Positions 8,769-17,879 are shown, numbered from the stretch's first letter. The stretch is DNA of 59,805 bases from an uncultured Desulfovibrionaceae bacterium (GCA_964517355.1 CAZFCK010000001.1:1-59805); one strand, 5' to 3'. Made by a program: numbers and translations. The notes: a model not told the origin generated them from the letters alone.

Positions 8769-9348
8769 GCTGGCCATCGGTGTTGAGCCTTGATGCGTTT
8801 TTTTACGGCATTATGAGTTGGTGTCATTGGAGTACAGTGCTTTTTCATTAGAGCATCTTAACTTTGAAAAAGTACGGCAAGCAACTCCTCCCCGCTTTTT
8901 ACTCTCCACGTTTTCCCACTTTGTTGTGTATTGGCCACGGTTAGTGCTAACTGTCGGCGCTTTTTTTTGTTATGCCGTTTCCCCTGTACAACATCAGCAT
9001 GTAGTGCCCCTTCCTGTTTTCAGGAGAAATAAAGCCGGAGACAATCCGGCATTCGTTTTCGAATTTGAAATGATTTTTTAAATTAAAAGCGGTCCAAGGA
9101 GGAAAACTTTGATGTCACTGAGTCAGCACCTCTCTCAATGGATTTATCCGCGCTGCATTGTGCAATTTCTCGGATATAATTTTTCAAAGATGGTACGCTA
9201 GGTTACAATGGTCTTCTTGTTTAGCGCTATTTTTTTTGAACAGGAAAAATTTTCTTAAATAATGCTATTATAGGAAAAAAATATTGACTTTTTTTATGTT
9301 TTTTGAAAAATACTACCTATCATTCAATGATAATCCAACGACACAGCC

Positions 9349-9837
9349 ATGAAAAAACTTCCTGCTCTTAATAGCCTGGATAAACGGTTGGTTGCGGTGC
9401 TGAGCGAAGATGGTTCGCTATCCATGGTGGAATGTGCCGACAAATTGGGAGTGACTGCGCCGACTGTGCGCTCCAGGCTGCGCAATCTGGTCAGCTCTGG
9501 GGTACTTCGCCTGGCTGCGATGATCGATCCGTTTCGTGTTCACGGGATGACCCTGGCCATGGTCTGTCTCACTTTGCAGAGTCATGAGGAATTGGACAGC
9601 AAACTGGAACAGATAGGAAACTTGGAGATGGTCAACTGGGCCGCGGTTGTGACCGGCCGATACGATATTATTGTCGAAGTGGTGCTTACAGACGATATCG
9701 CCGACCTTTACCGCTTTATGCATCAGGATCTGTCGAAAATCGGCGGCATTAGTTCCAGTGAATCCTTCATTATCATGAAGGGAAAGCGTAAGTGGACGCT
9801 TTTGCCTCCAAATGTTCGAACTCGCTTCAGCGATTGA
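9349..9837 (+). CDS. Lrp/AsnC-family transcriptional regulator
   Basis: LDKRLVAVLSEDGSLSMVECADKLGVTAPTVRSRLRNLVSSGVL, followed by an AsnC_trans_reg-like C-terminus. Sits immediately upstream of ald. Confidence 0.88.
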   Translation: MKKLPALNSLDKRLVAVLSEDGSLSMVECADKLGVTAPTVRSRLRNLVSSGVLRLAAMIDPFRVHGMTLAMVCLTLQSHEELDSKLEQIGNLEMVNWAAVVTGRYDIIVEVVLTDDIADLYRFMHQDLSKIGGISSSESFIIMKGKRKWTLLPPNVRTRFSD

Positions 9838-9866
9838 GATGTCAAAACTATCCATGGAGGTGAAAC

Positions 9867-10982
9867 ATGCTCATCGGTACCCCAAAAGAGATCAAGGATT
9901 GCGAATACCGCGTGGGGTTAGTACCGGCGGGTGTCGAGGCCCTGGTAGCCGCCGGTAATCAAGTGCTCATTGAAAAGGGCGCGGGACTGGGGTCCGGCAT
10001 TCCCGATGAAGCGTATGTCAACGTCGGGGGTGTCATCGTCTCTCAAGCCGCGGAGATTTGGGAACAAGCGGAGATGGTCGTCAAGGTCAAAGAACCCTTG
10101 CCCCAGGAATATCCACTTATGGGGGAGGGGCAGATTCTTTTCACGTATCTGCATCTCGCCCCCGCTCCTGCATTGACGAGAGCGTTGCTGGATCGCGGGG
10201 TTATAGGCGTTGCTTATGAAACCATTCAGTTGGAGGATGGTTCTCTTCCCTTGCTCACGCCCATGAGCGAAGTGGCCGGGCGTATGGCCACACAGGTTGG
10301 GGCCACGTATTTAGGGAAAAGCCATGGAGGTCGAGGTGTCCTACTCGGGGGCGTTCCCGGAGTTCGAAGAGGAGTGGTGACCATTATCGGCGCCGGGGTG
10401 GTGGGCGTGAACGCGGCCAGAATTGCCGTGGGGCTCGGAGCTCAGGTCTATCTTCTTGATATCAATCACTCGAGGTTGGCATATCTGGACGACATCTTCG
10501 GCAACAGCATCACCACTGTGATGTCCAACAAGGGCAATATCACGCAACTTGTGGCGGAATCGGATTTGGTGGTGGGGTCTGTTTTGATACCGGGTGCGCG
10601 CACGCCCTGGCTCGTGAGTCGCGAGATGATAAAAACCATGCGCCCCGGCTCGGTTGTGGTGGACGTGGCCATTGACCAAGGCGGCTGCTTTGAGACAAGC
10701 CATCCCACATCGCATCACAATCCGATCTTTACGGTTGATGACGTGGTGCATTACTGCGTTGCGAATATACCAGGGGAAGTGGCCTGCACTTCAACGTACG
10801 CATTGACGAATGTGACGTTGCCTTATGCCCTGAAGATCGCCAAAAAGGGTTTGCGGAATGCCGTGCGGGAAGACAAGGCGCTGCGCAAGGGTGTGAACGT
10901 CTACAAAGGGAACGTCACGTGCGGTGCGGTTGGTGATGCTTTGGGATACGAGTGCGTTGACGTGATCTCCGTGTTTTCCTGA
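9867..10982 (+). CDS. ald: Alanine dehydrogenase
   Basis: [38 protein letters not shown], the NAD fold [26 protein letters not shown], and ..[14 protein letters not shown]. Confidence 0.93.
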   Translation: MLIGTPKEIKDCEYRVGLVPAGVEALVAAGNQVLIEKGAGLGSGIPDEAYVNVGGVIVSQAAEIWEQAEMVVKVKEPLPQEYPLMGEGQILFTYLHLAPAPALTRALLDRGVIGVAYETIQLEDGSLPLLTPMSEVAGRMATQVGATYLGKSHGGRGVLLGGVPGVRRGVVTIIGAGVVGVNAARIAVGLGAQVYLLDINHSRLAYLDDIFGNSITTVMSNKGNITQLVAESDLVVGSVLIPGARTPWLVSREMIKTMRPGSVVVDVAIDQGGCFETSHPTSHHNPIFTVDDVVHYCVANIPGEVACTSTYALTNVTLPYALKIAKKGLRNAVREDKALRKGVNVYKGNVTCGAVGDALGYECVDVISVFS

Positions 10983-11116
10983 GACGGCTTTTTGGAGGCA
11001 TGAGCTTGTAGCACGCTCTTTTCTGAAGCGAAATTCACATGTTAATCGAAAGTACAGAAGAGCATCGCGCCCTTGCAAGGACGCGATGCTCTTTTATATT
11101 TCACTGAGTTGAAATA

Positions 11117-11220
11117 TTAGCGCATGTTCGCCTTTGGATAAGGCTCACCCCTGAAACAAAGTTCATTGTTTCAGGGAAATACATAAGAGCCTCTATACTT
11201 TTTCAAATTTAAGATGTTCT
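11117..11220 (-). repeat. R1 element, diverged copy
   Basis: tagcgcatgttcgcctttggataaggctcacccctgaaacaaag...agatgttcta. Collinear with the reverse complement of R1 but carries many substitutions. Confidence 0.75.
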
Positions 11221-11257
11221 AACAGATCGAGAGCGTTGTAACTTGATGATGGGGTGA

Positions 11258-11314
11258 GCTGGAGTTCCGCCCCAAACCCCGCCAGGGTGGAACGCCCTCT
11301 CTGGACCCGCGAAT
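11258..11314 (+). repeat. R2 GC-rich repeat
   Basis: ctggagttccgccccaaaccccgccagggtggaacgccctctctggacccgcgaatg aligns with 19608-19664. Confidence 0.85.
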
Positions 11315-11388
11315 GTCGTGTGTAAAAATATCAATATTCCGAAAAGTTATGCTAGGCTGTGTTTCTAAATTCATTATGAAAAGAAAAT

Positions 11389-11428
11389 GCGAGAGGGGAA
11401 ACCCTTTGAAAAGGGTTCTCCCCCTCGC
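11389..11428. repeat. R4 palindromic GC hairpin repeat
   Basis: gcgagaggggaaaccctttgaaaagggttctccccctcgc. Confidence 0.8.
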
Positions 11429-11440
11429 GCTCTCCCTTCC

Positions 11441-11545
11441 TAGAGCATCTCACGCTTGAAAAGCGCTAGATGCTCTTATGCATTTCCCTGGAACAATTGG
11501 AAATTGTTTCAGGGGAGAGCCTTGTTTCAAGGCGAAAATGCGCTA
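11441..11545 (+). repeat. R1 element, full 105-nt reference copy
   Basis: tagagcatctcacgcttgaaaagcgctagatgctcttatgcatttccctggaacaattggaaattgtttcaggggagagccttgtttcaaggcgaaaatgcgcta. Three internal hairpins. Imperfect terminal inverted repeats: TAGAGCAT... versus the reverse complement of the 3' end, TAGCGCAT... Confidence 0.9.
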
Positions 11546-11623
11546 AATTTTGTCGCCAGATAAGTATATTTTTAAAAAATTGAATTTATTGGAATTTTCG
11601 TCAAAAGTCTTTGGAAGGGGGGT

Positions 11624-11662
11624 CCGGGGGGAGAACCATTCTCCAGAAAGGTTTCTCCCCGG
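11624..11662. repeat. R4-like GC hairpin
   Basis: ccggggggagaaccattctccagaaaggtttctccccgg. Closest to the copy at 23029-23068. Confidence 0.7.
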
Positions 11663-11759
11663 AAAAAACTAACAAGTCTTTAACCAGTGCTTCCTTAATA
11701 ACCTTTTTCAAAAGGTTCTTAAGCCGCCGGAGGCATTCCCGTTTCAACGAAGATATGCT

Positions 11760-12584
11760 CTAAATGACATCGGCGAAATGTGGCCGCAGGCGCCGGAACA
11801 AGAGGGCGCCCGTGCAAAACGCGGCCAGTGTCACCCCCCAATAGTAGCAACTCAGATAGGGGTGCTCCCAGAACCAGACCTTATAGATGGTGGCATCCCG
11901 AAAACCTTCCACAATATACAGTGCCGGATTGATTTTGAGCGCCCAACGGTACTGCTCCGGGATGAGGTTCAGATTCCAGATGATGGGTGTCGCCCAGAAC
12001 CCGAGTTGCAGGATGATGCCCACGGCTTGGCCCACGTCTTTTAAAAACAGGATCAGCGCGGAAGTGATCCAGGAAAGGCCAAGCAACAGAGCAATGGCCG
12101 CAAATTGATAATAGAAAATTTGCAGGGCATAGAGTGTGGGGTAGATGTCATAGAGCGCGGAAAAAATGAAAAGCAGCAGCACCATGGCCAGATGAATGGC
12201 AAGGGCGGAAAGAATTTTGACAATGGGCAGTATGCTGAGGCGGACGGAAACGTTTTTCACCAAAAAGCTGTATTCGCTGACAGCGAACGTGGCGTTCGAT
12301 AGACTGTCTGAGATGAAGAACCAGGGTATAATGCCGGCAATGAGCCAGATGCTGAAGGGAAAATCAATGACAGGCGGGCTCTTGAGTCCGTGTTGAAAAA
12401 CGAACCACATGACGAAGATTGTGACCATGGGTTGCACGAAGGCCCAGAGAATACCGAGCGCCGAGCCCAGGTAGCGCGCTTTGAGGTCGCGTTTGGTGAG
12501 TGTCAGGATCAGGCTTCGATTACGGTATATGTCCTGCAGGAATCCTTTGAACTGCAGGGTGAGGCGCAGCAATGTACTTATCAT
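11760..12584 (-). CDS. ABC-2 type (Wzm/TagG-like) polysaccharide-exporter permease, with no adjacent ATPase
   Basis: LTKRDLKARYLGSALGILWAFVQPMVTIFVMWFVF, followed by about 6 TM segments. Start uncertain: ATG at 12584 (274 aa) or TTG at 12704 (314 aa, only 15 nt after the clpV-like stop). Confidence 0.85.
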   Translation of the reverse strand: MISTLLRLTLQFKGFLQDIYRNRSLILTLTKRDLKARYLGSALGILWAFVQPMVTIFVMWFVFQHGLKSPPVIDFPFSIWLIAGIIPWFFISDSLSNATFAVSEYSFLVKNVSVRLSILPIVKILSALAIHLAMVLLLFIFSALYDIYPTLYALQIFYYQFAAIALLLGLSWITSALILFLKDVGQAVGIILQLGFWATPIIWNLNLIPEQYRWALKINPALYIVEGFRDATIYKVWFWEHPYLSCYYWGVTLAAFCTGALLFRRLRPHFADVI

Positions 12585-12719
12585 AATGTTATCGATAGCT
12601 GGGATGGCGTTCTTTTGTCCACTCTGTGCGTGGCGATGGATAATGCTTTCGTTGGGGGCACGGTATTGGTACGAAGGGGAACCTTTTGGCGTTGCGTTCG
12701 CCAAGGGCGTTGCGTGAGA

Positions 12720-15317
12720 TCACTGCTCAAATCGCAGCACGAATCCCCCGTCGTGCCCCAGTTCCAAAAAAACTTTGCGCGAAGCCCGTTCCTGCCGCAT
12801 CTGTTCCAGGATGCGTTGACTCATGCGCGGCAGGATATCCATGGCGAGCACTTGATCAATACCCCGAGCCCCGGATTCGATCAACTCACAGCGTTGCGCG
12901 ATATGTTGGGGTACTTCAGGGGCATATTCCAGCAGCATACCGCAGCTGTTTTGCAACCGTTCGTTGAGGCGCTCCAGTTTGAGGGTTGCGATATCCGTCA
13001 ATGCGCTTTTGCTGAGAGGAAGATAGGGGACAATATGGAGTCGCGCCAACAATGCGGGTTTAAAACATTTAATAAGCTCCGGACGAAGGGCGCCGAGCGC
13101 TTTGCGGGCGTCGTGTTGTGAGAGTTGGTCGAGGTTTTGCAAGGCCTCGGACCCTAAGTTGCTGGTAAGAAAAATAATGGTATTTCGGAAAAAAATTTCC
13201 CGGCCTTCTCCGTCAGTGAGCGTTCCCTTATCTAAAACATGAAGAAAAAGGTTGAGAATTTCGGGATTGGCTTTTTCCGCTTCATCCAGCAAAAGAACGC
13301 AAAAGGGGCGCCGCCGCACCGCTTCGGTCAGCAAGCCCCCCTCACCGTACCCCACATAGCCTGGAGGCGAACCGATAAGCCGGCTCACGGTATGGCGTTC
13401 CTGAAATTCGCTCATGTTGATCGTGACAATGGAGTTTGCGTCGCCAAAATAAATATCCGCAAGGGCGAGAGCGGTTTCCGTTTTCCCAACCCCGCTTGGC
13501 CCCACCAGGAGAAAAGCGCCTAATGGCTGGCCAGGGTTGCGTAATCCGGAAATGGCCGCTTTGAGCGTTCCAGATATAATGTCGAGGGCCTGGTCTTGTC
13601 CGCGAATAGCGCGGGACAAGGTGTTGTTGAGGTTGAGAACGGCTTGGGCATGATCGCGGAGCAGTTTGCCCAGAGGAATGCCTGTCCAATCGGAAATAAC
13701 TCTGGCCACGACTTCAGGGTCCACCTCATGGCGTAAGAGCGGATCATCACCTTGCAGGGTATGCAAATTATCCAGGCTGGTGCGCAGCACATCCAAAGAT
13801 GTGCGCCCCTCCTGGCGTAGTTTGATTATTTCCGAAACCAGATCGCGTTCCTTATGCCACCGTCGCCGCAACTCCAAAGCGCGTTCTTCAAGTGTTGTCA
13901 AACGAGAACGGAGTTCCGCCAGAGAGTCTTTGTTTACGGGGGCCGCTTTGAGCAGGTCCTCCTCTTGATTGAGTATGGCGCGGCGTATTTTTTCAATGGT
14001 GCGCTCCAAATCGTCCAGTTCGTCCGGTGCATGGCTCAGATTGATTTTGACGCGGGCAGTGGCGGTGTCCAGGACATCAACGGCCTTGTCGGGCAGCATG
14101 CGCCCCTGGATGTAACGGCGGGAGAGGGCGGCCGCTGCCACGAGAGCGTCGTCGCGAATGCTCACGCCGTGGTCGGCGGCGTAGCGCGGTTTGAGTCCGC
14201 GCAAAATATCCACGGTGGACTCAAGGTCGGGTTCCTCAATGCGCACTAATTGAAAGCGCCGGGAGAGGGCTTGATCTTTTTCAAAATATTTTTTGTATTC
14301 CGGCCAGGTTGTGGCGGCGATGGTACGGAGTTCACCCCGCGCGAGGGCTGGTTTGAGCAGATTGGCCGCATCGCTTCCGCCCACGCGCCCCCCTGCGCCG
14401 ATAAGCACATGGGCCTCGTCGATAAAGAGAATGACGGGATTCTCCGCAGCGCTTATTTCGTGGATGACGGATTTCAGGCGGTTTTCAAATTCGCCCTTTA
14501 TGCCCGCACCAGCCTCCAGGAGCCCCATATCCAAGGTGAGGATGCGCACGTCCTTGAGCAGGTCGGGAACGTCTCCGGCCGCGATACGCAGAGCCAATCC
14601 TTCCACCACGGCAGTTTTTCCCACCCCCGCGTCGCCCACCAAAATGGGATTGTTTTTTTTGCGTCGAGCCAGGATATCGATAAGTTGGCGCATTTCCCTG
14701 TCTCTTCCGAAAACGGGGTCCATAAGGCCCGCAGCGGCCTGGGTCGAAAGATCTGTGCAAAAGCGTTGCAGCGCGCTTATCTCCGCGTCATCCTGGACAG
14801 TTCGCAGGTTATGGAGTCCTTTTTCACGGCCGGAAGAATCCGATTCTCCGGATGCCGCGGTGATTGCGGCGAACGATTTTAAGAGGCGATCCTTATGGAT
14901 GGTTCGCAGGATCGTGGCGTATTGGCCTGTGCAGGAATCAGCGGGCGAGGCGATAAAAGCCAGCAACAAAACTCCGGACCTGATGCAGTGTTCGCCCCTT
15001 TCAATGGAACTCAGCAGCCATGCGTCCTGGATAAGGTCCATAAGCAATGGAGACATTGAGGGGCGCCCGGTATGGCCGATGGGCAATTCCTTGACGGTTT
15101 GTTCGAGGAGCAACGCCAGAGCTTCGGGGTCAATGCCGAAATGTTGCAGAATCAGGGGGAGATCGGCGTGGGAGTGCCGGCAGAGGACGAGGATAAGATG
15201 TTCGATGCCGACTTCATAGTGATTGTTGTCGGCGCAAAAAGCGGCGCTGCGTTGCAGAGCATCCAGGCAAACGGGATGAAGCCGCTCCACCAGTGCGTTG
15301 AGAGAAACTTTGAGCAT
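12720..15317 (-). CDS. clpV: ClpV/TssH-type Clp/Hsp100 AAA+ ATPase (two NBDs), 865 aa
   Basis: GDAGVGKTAVVEGLALRIAAGDVPDLLKDVRILTLDMGLLEAGAGIKGEFENRLK and DAANLLKPALARGELRTIAATTWPEYKKYFEKDQALSRRFQ resemble my recollection of P. aeruginosa ClpV1 more than ClpB. N-domain ..RPSMSPLLMDLIQDAWLLSSIERGEHCIRSGVLLLAF. NBD2 GPSGVGKTE..LLDEAEKA. The AAA+ call is firm; the subfamily call is less so. Confidence 0.85.
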   Translation of the reverse strand: MLKVSLNALVERLHPVCLDALQRSAAFCADNNHYEVGIEHLILVLCRHSHADLPLILQHFGIDPEALALLLEQTVKELPIGHTGRPSMSPLLMDLIQDAWLLSSIERGEHCIRSGVLLLAFIASPADSCTGQYATILRTIHKDRLLKSFAAITAASGESDSSGREKGLHNLRTVQDDAEISALQRFCTDLSTQAAAGLMDPVFGRDREMRQLIDILARRKKNNPILVGDAGVGKTAVVEGLALRIAAGDVPDLLKDVRILTLDMGLLEAGAGIKGEFENRLKSVIHEISAAENPVILFIDEAHVLIGAGGRVGGSDAANLLKPALARGELRTIAATTWPEYKKYFEKDQALSRRFQLVRIEEPDLESTVDILRGLKPRYAADHGVSIRDDALVAAAALSRRYIQGRMLPDKAVDVLDTATARVKINLSHAPDELDDLERTIEKIRRAILNQEEDLLKAAPVNKDSLAELRSRLTTLEERALELRRRWHKERDLVSEIIKLRQEGRTSLDVLRTSLDNLHTLQGDDPLLRHEVDPEVVARVISDWTGIPLGKLLRDHAQAVLNLNNTLSRAIRGQDQALDIISGTLKAAISGLRNPGQPLGAFLLVGPSGVGKTETALALADIYFGDANSIVTINMSEFQERHTVSRLIGSPPGYVGYGEGGLLTEAVRRRPFCVLLLDEAEKANPEILNLFLHVLDKGTLTDGEGREIFFRNTIIFLTSNLGSEALQNLDQLSQHDARKALGALRPELIKCFKPALLARLHIVPYLPLSKSALTDIATLKLERLNERLQNSCGMLLEYAPEVPQHIAQRCELIESGARGIDQVLAMDILPRMSQRILEQMRQERASRKVFLELGHDGGFVLRFEQ

Positions 15318-15357
15318 AGCGGCTTATGCAACCCGTCGCATATCAATACGGATGTTG

Positions 15358-15813
15358 TTACGGCGTCAGGAGGTTGATGTTACGCGACAACAACACGTTG
15401 CCGTCAGAAAGTATCTGCAGAAGATAGACACCAGGTGTGTCCTTTTCCGTGAATTCGATATTGGTAATGGTCGGCTGGCCTGTGCGGGTTGTCACAGTGC
15501 CGGTGTTTGTTTCGCCTCCGGGATTGGTGACACGCAATTCAATGTCCACATCCTGGTTGGGCTTCGGGCTTTCGAGAATGTATTTGATGCTGAAAAAAGT
15601 GTTTTCGCGCAACGGGATGTCGAGGGTTTGCTTGATAAGACGGATATTTGAGAGTTTCGTGGAACCTTGTTTATCTTCCACGACGATGACTTTCTCATCG
15701 TAGGTATAGAGGCCGTACTCCAGAATAGACACGCCGGTGACATTAGCGGCAAACGCGGTGGCGCAGAACAAGAAGCACATAAGCAGGCAAGCGGCCTTGA
15801 GCAGACGTTTCAT
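15358..15813 (-). CDS. Secreted hypothetical protein, 151 aa (predicted beta-rich)
   Basis: Start moved to the ATG at 15813, with a ggagg SD about 10 nt upstream. Signal peptide MKRLLKAACLLMCFLFCATAFA/AN. The 110-aa N-terminal extension in the ORF track is Arg/Cys/His-rich and implausible. Confidence 0.7.
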   Translation of the reverse strand: MKRLLKAACLLMCFLFCATAFAANVTGVSILEYGLYTYDEKVIVVEDKQGSTKLSNIRLIKQTLDIPLRENTFFSIKYILESPKPNQDVDIELRVTNPGGETNTGTVTTRTGQPTITNIEFTEKDTPGVYLLQILSDGNVLLSRNINLLTP

Positions 15814-16252
15814 TCCGGACAGCCTCCATCTTGAGTAATCCTGGTCCGCAAAGTGTCTCATGGGAGCGTGACCAGGGTTTCTATGTGGGCGACAGGCTCC
15901 TGAACAACACATATGGCGATATAATAAATCAGTGTAGCGTGTATGGGCTTTGATTATTTTCGCCGTGCGGCTCCCACCGCGTTGTGAACGACAATGGCCG
16001 TGGCAATAACTTCGGGCAACAGCAGGATGCGCGCTTTGTATTTTCAATAAGATGACCAGAAGCAACAAAGGGCCATATTTTTGTGTTCCAATCAATAATA
16101 GTATGCTTCGCAAGGTTGTACAACCCCGAGAAGCTTCCGGCAATACCTGCCACTCCTTTGACAGGCCCTAACTATCTAAAAAAACTCTAGAAAAAAGTTG
16201 TTTGTAGTGATTTCAACTGGTTGATTGCCGATGTCGTCAATATGGCGAATGT

Positions 16253-16268
16253 TGGCATGATCTTAGCA
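16253..16268 (+). promoter_or_regulatory. Sigma-54 (-24/-12) promoter candidate
   Basis: TGGCATgatctTAGCA: GG-N10-GC spacing is correct, with two deviations from TGGCAC-N5-TTGCA. Lies 79 nt upstream of the ATG at 16346. Confidence 0.5.
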
Positions 16269-16345
16269 AATTAATGGCGGAAATGCCCTGTGAAACAACC
16301 GTGTTGCGTAATCATATGCAACCCAAACAAGATGAGAGGTCTGTC

Positions 16346-16570
16346 ATGAAGAATATCGCGCTCGTGGCTGTTGTGGTGGCGTTGTTGGCTTTTGCGGGCA
16401 GTACGTGGGCCTTCGATGTTACGGTCAATGTAGGCGGCCAGGAAAATCCGCAAGGCGCAACTTATAAGATTGTGGACATGAAGCCCATGCAAGAACAAGG
16501 CAAGAAGGTTGCAAGTTCCTCAACAACGACTGATCAAGGTTCTGAGGACCTGGTGGCGCAGAAGAATTAG
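16346..16570 (+). CDS. Small secreted protein, 74 aa
   Basis: gagagg SD 6 nt upstream. Signal peptide MKNIALVAVVVALLAFAGSTWA/FD. Ser/Thr-rich C-terminus. Confidence 0.6.
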   Translation: MKNIALVAVVVALLAFAGSTWAFDVTVNVGGQENPQGATYKIVDMKPMQEQGKKVASSSTTTDQGSEDLVAQKN

Positions 16571-16706
16571 AGCACGATGGGAGTTGACGAGTTCATAATG
16601 TGCTCATGCCGTTTTCACGCGGAGCGTCGTTGCGGTTCATAAGGTCGGTATTGAAGCGCTTCGGGAGCTTTTGGGAGAAATCAGAAAAGGATGTGCGAGG
16701 GGAACC

Positions 16707-17879
16707 ATGAAACGCTTGTTAGTCGGCATTGTGTTTACGCTGCTGGTCTTGAGTTCAGCCGGACCGGCAGCTGCACAGTACGACGTCAAGGCGGCAATGG
16801 TCATGGATATGGGCAGTGGCCATATTCTTTACGAACAAAACGCAGATCGTAAGATCGCCCCGGCTTCGTTGACCAAGATATTGACAATGTATCTGGTTTG
16901 GGAAGATGCGGAGCAAAACCGCATAAAACTCACCGATAAGGTCAAAGTGAGCCGAGCAGCGGCCGCCACGGGCGGATCGAGCATGAAACTGGTGCGCGGC
17001 GAGATGGTTACGGTGCAGGAACTCATGGCCGGAATGGCGATCGCCTCGGGTAATGACGCATGCGTGGCCGTTGCGGAATATCTCGGGGGGGGCGTTGCGC
17101 CCTTTGTTGAACGGATGAACCGAAAAGCGCGCTTTTTGGGGATGACCAGCAGCTCGTTCGTGAATCCTCACGGGCTTCCCGCAAAGGGGCAATTGACCAC
17201 GGCACGTGATATGATGCGCTTGGCCAGTGCCTATTTGCGCCGTTTTCCCGAATCGTTGGTCATGCATTCCAAGACCCATATGTACCACAATAAAATAAAA
17301 CGCAAAAACAGCAATAAACTGCTCGGCAAGATGGAGGGCGTGGATGGCCTGAAAACGGGTTATGTAGCGTCTTCAGGATTCAATATCGTGCTTACCGGGC
17401 AAAGGAATGGGCGCAGACTCCTGGCCGTTGTGCTTGGGGGGCGCAGTTCAAAAACTCGCAATCGTGAAGCGCGGAAGCTGCTTGAAACGTGTTTTGCCAT
17501 GCCTGAAGGCGGACAGGTGCGCCTTGCGCAGGTGGAACAGAGATCTCATGAGCGCCCGATGCAGCGCAACCGTCCCGCCATACCGGACTCTGTCGCGGCT
17601 TCCAGTCCGGAAATCAATTCCGGGAGTTACCAAGAGACAGTCTACGCCTTGCATGAAAGTTCCTGGAAAACACAAGCCAAAGCCAAGCAGCGTGTAGGCG
17701 CATTGCGGCGCAGAGGCTTATCCGTACATATGGAGCGTGTGGATTTGGGGAGCAAAGGCGTGTGGCACCGGGTTTATATCGGCCATTTTGAAAACATGCG
17801 CCAAGCCAGGAATTATCAGGAATATCTTTCACGGAAAATGCAATTGAGGCATGCGCTGATAACCCGTATTGATTCGTGA
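16707..17879 (+). CDS. D-alanyl-D-alanine carboxypeptidase (PBP5/6-type, peptidase S11) with a C-terminal SPOR domain
   Basis: SxxK (PASLTKI), SGN (IASGNDA) and KTG (LKTGYVASSG) motifs. C-terminus YALHESSWKTQAKAKQRVGALRRRGLSVHMERVDLGSKGVWHRVYIGHFENMRQARNY is SPOR-like. Signal peptide after the ATG at 16707. Confidence 0.88.
   Translation: MKRLLVGIVFTLLVLSSAGPAAAQYDVKAAMVMDMGSGHILYEQNADRKIAPASLTKILTMYLVWEDAEQNRIKLTDKVKVSRAAAATGGSSMKLVRGEMVTVQELMAGMAIASGNDACVAVAEYLGGGVAPFVERMNRKARFLGMTSSSFVNPHGLPAKGQLTTARDMMRLASAYLRRFPESLVMHSKTHMYHNKIKRKNSNKLLGKMEGVDGLKTGYVASSGFNIVLTGQRNGRRLLAVVLGGRSSKTRNREARKLLETCFAMPEGGQVRLAQVEQRSHERPMQRNRPAIPDSVAASSPEINSGSYQETVYALHESSWKTQAKAKQRVGALRRRGLSVHMERVDLGSKGVWHRVYIGHFENMRQARNYQEYLSRKMQLRHALITRIDS

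Noticed and set aside
8818-9081. 87-aa + strand ORF, and 8356-8574 / 8481-8848 ORFs around the coiled-coil gene
   Set aside because: There is no SD. The sequences are hydrophobic and low-complexity, and they overlap a partial R1-like end (8849-8872). Only 8502-8768 has a start/SD and a coherent TM plus coiled-coil design.
11117-11662. CRISPR-like appearance of closely spaced palindromic repeats
   Set aside because: The repeats belong to different families and have different lengths (105, 57 and 40 nt). They are not regularly spaced, and no cas genes are present.
14250-15219. 210-aa and 308-aa + strand ORFs inside the ClpV-type gene, plus 12390-13121 spanning the permease/ClpV junction
   Set aside because: They are antisense to an unmistakable AAA+ ATPase. 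The products are Ser/Arg/Pro-rich nonsense-like sequences.
12720-15317. Calling the locus a type VI secretion system
   Set aside because: Only the ClpV/TssH-like ATPase is present. None of the sheath, baseplate, membrane-complex, Hcp or VgrG genes is recognisable in the window.
15814-16143. 110-aa N-terminal extension of the secreted-protein ORF (ORF track 15358..16143)
   Set aside because: The extension is Arg/His/Cys-rich. It precedes an internal ATG with a ggagg SD and a textbook signal peptide, so the short form was chosen.
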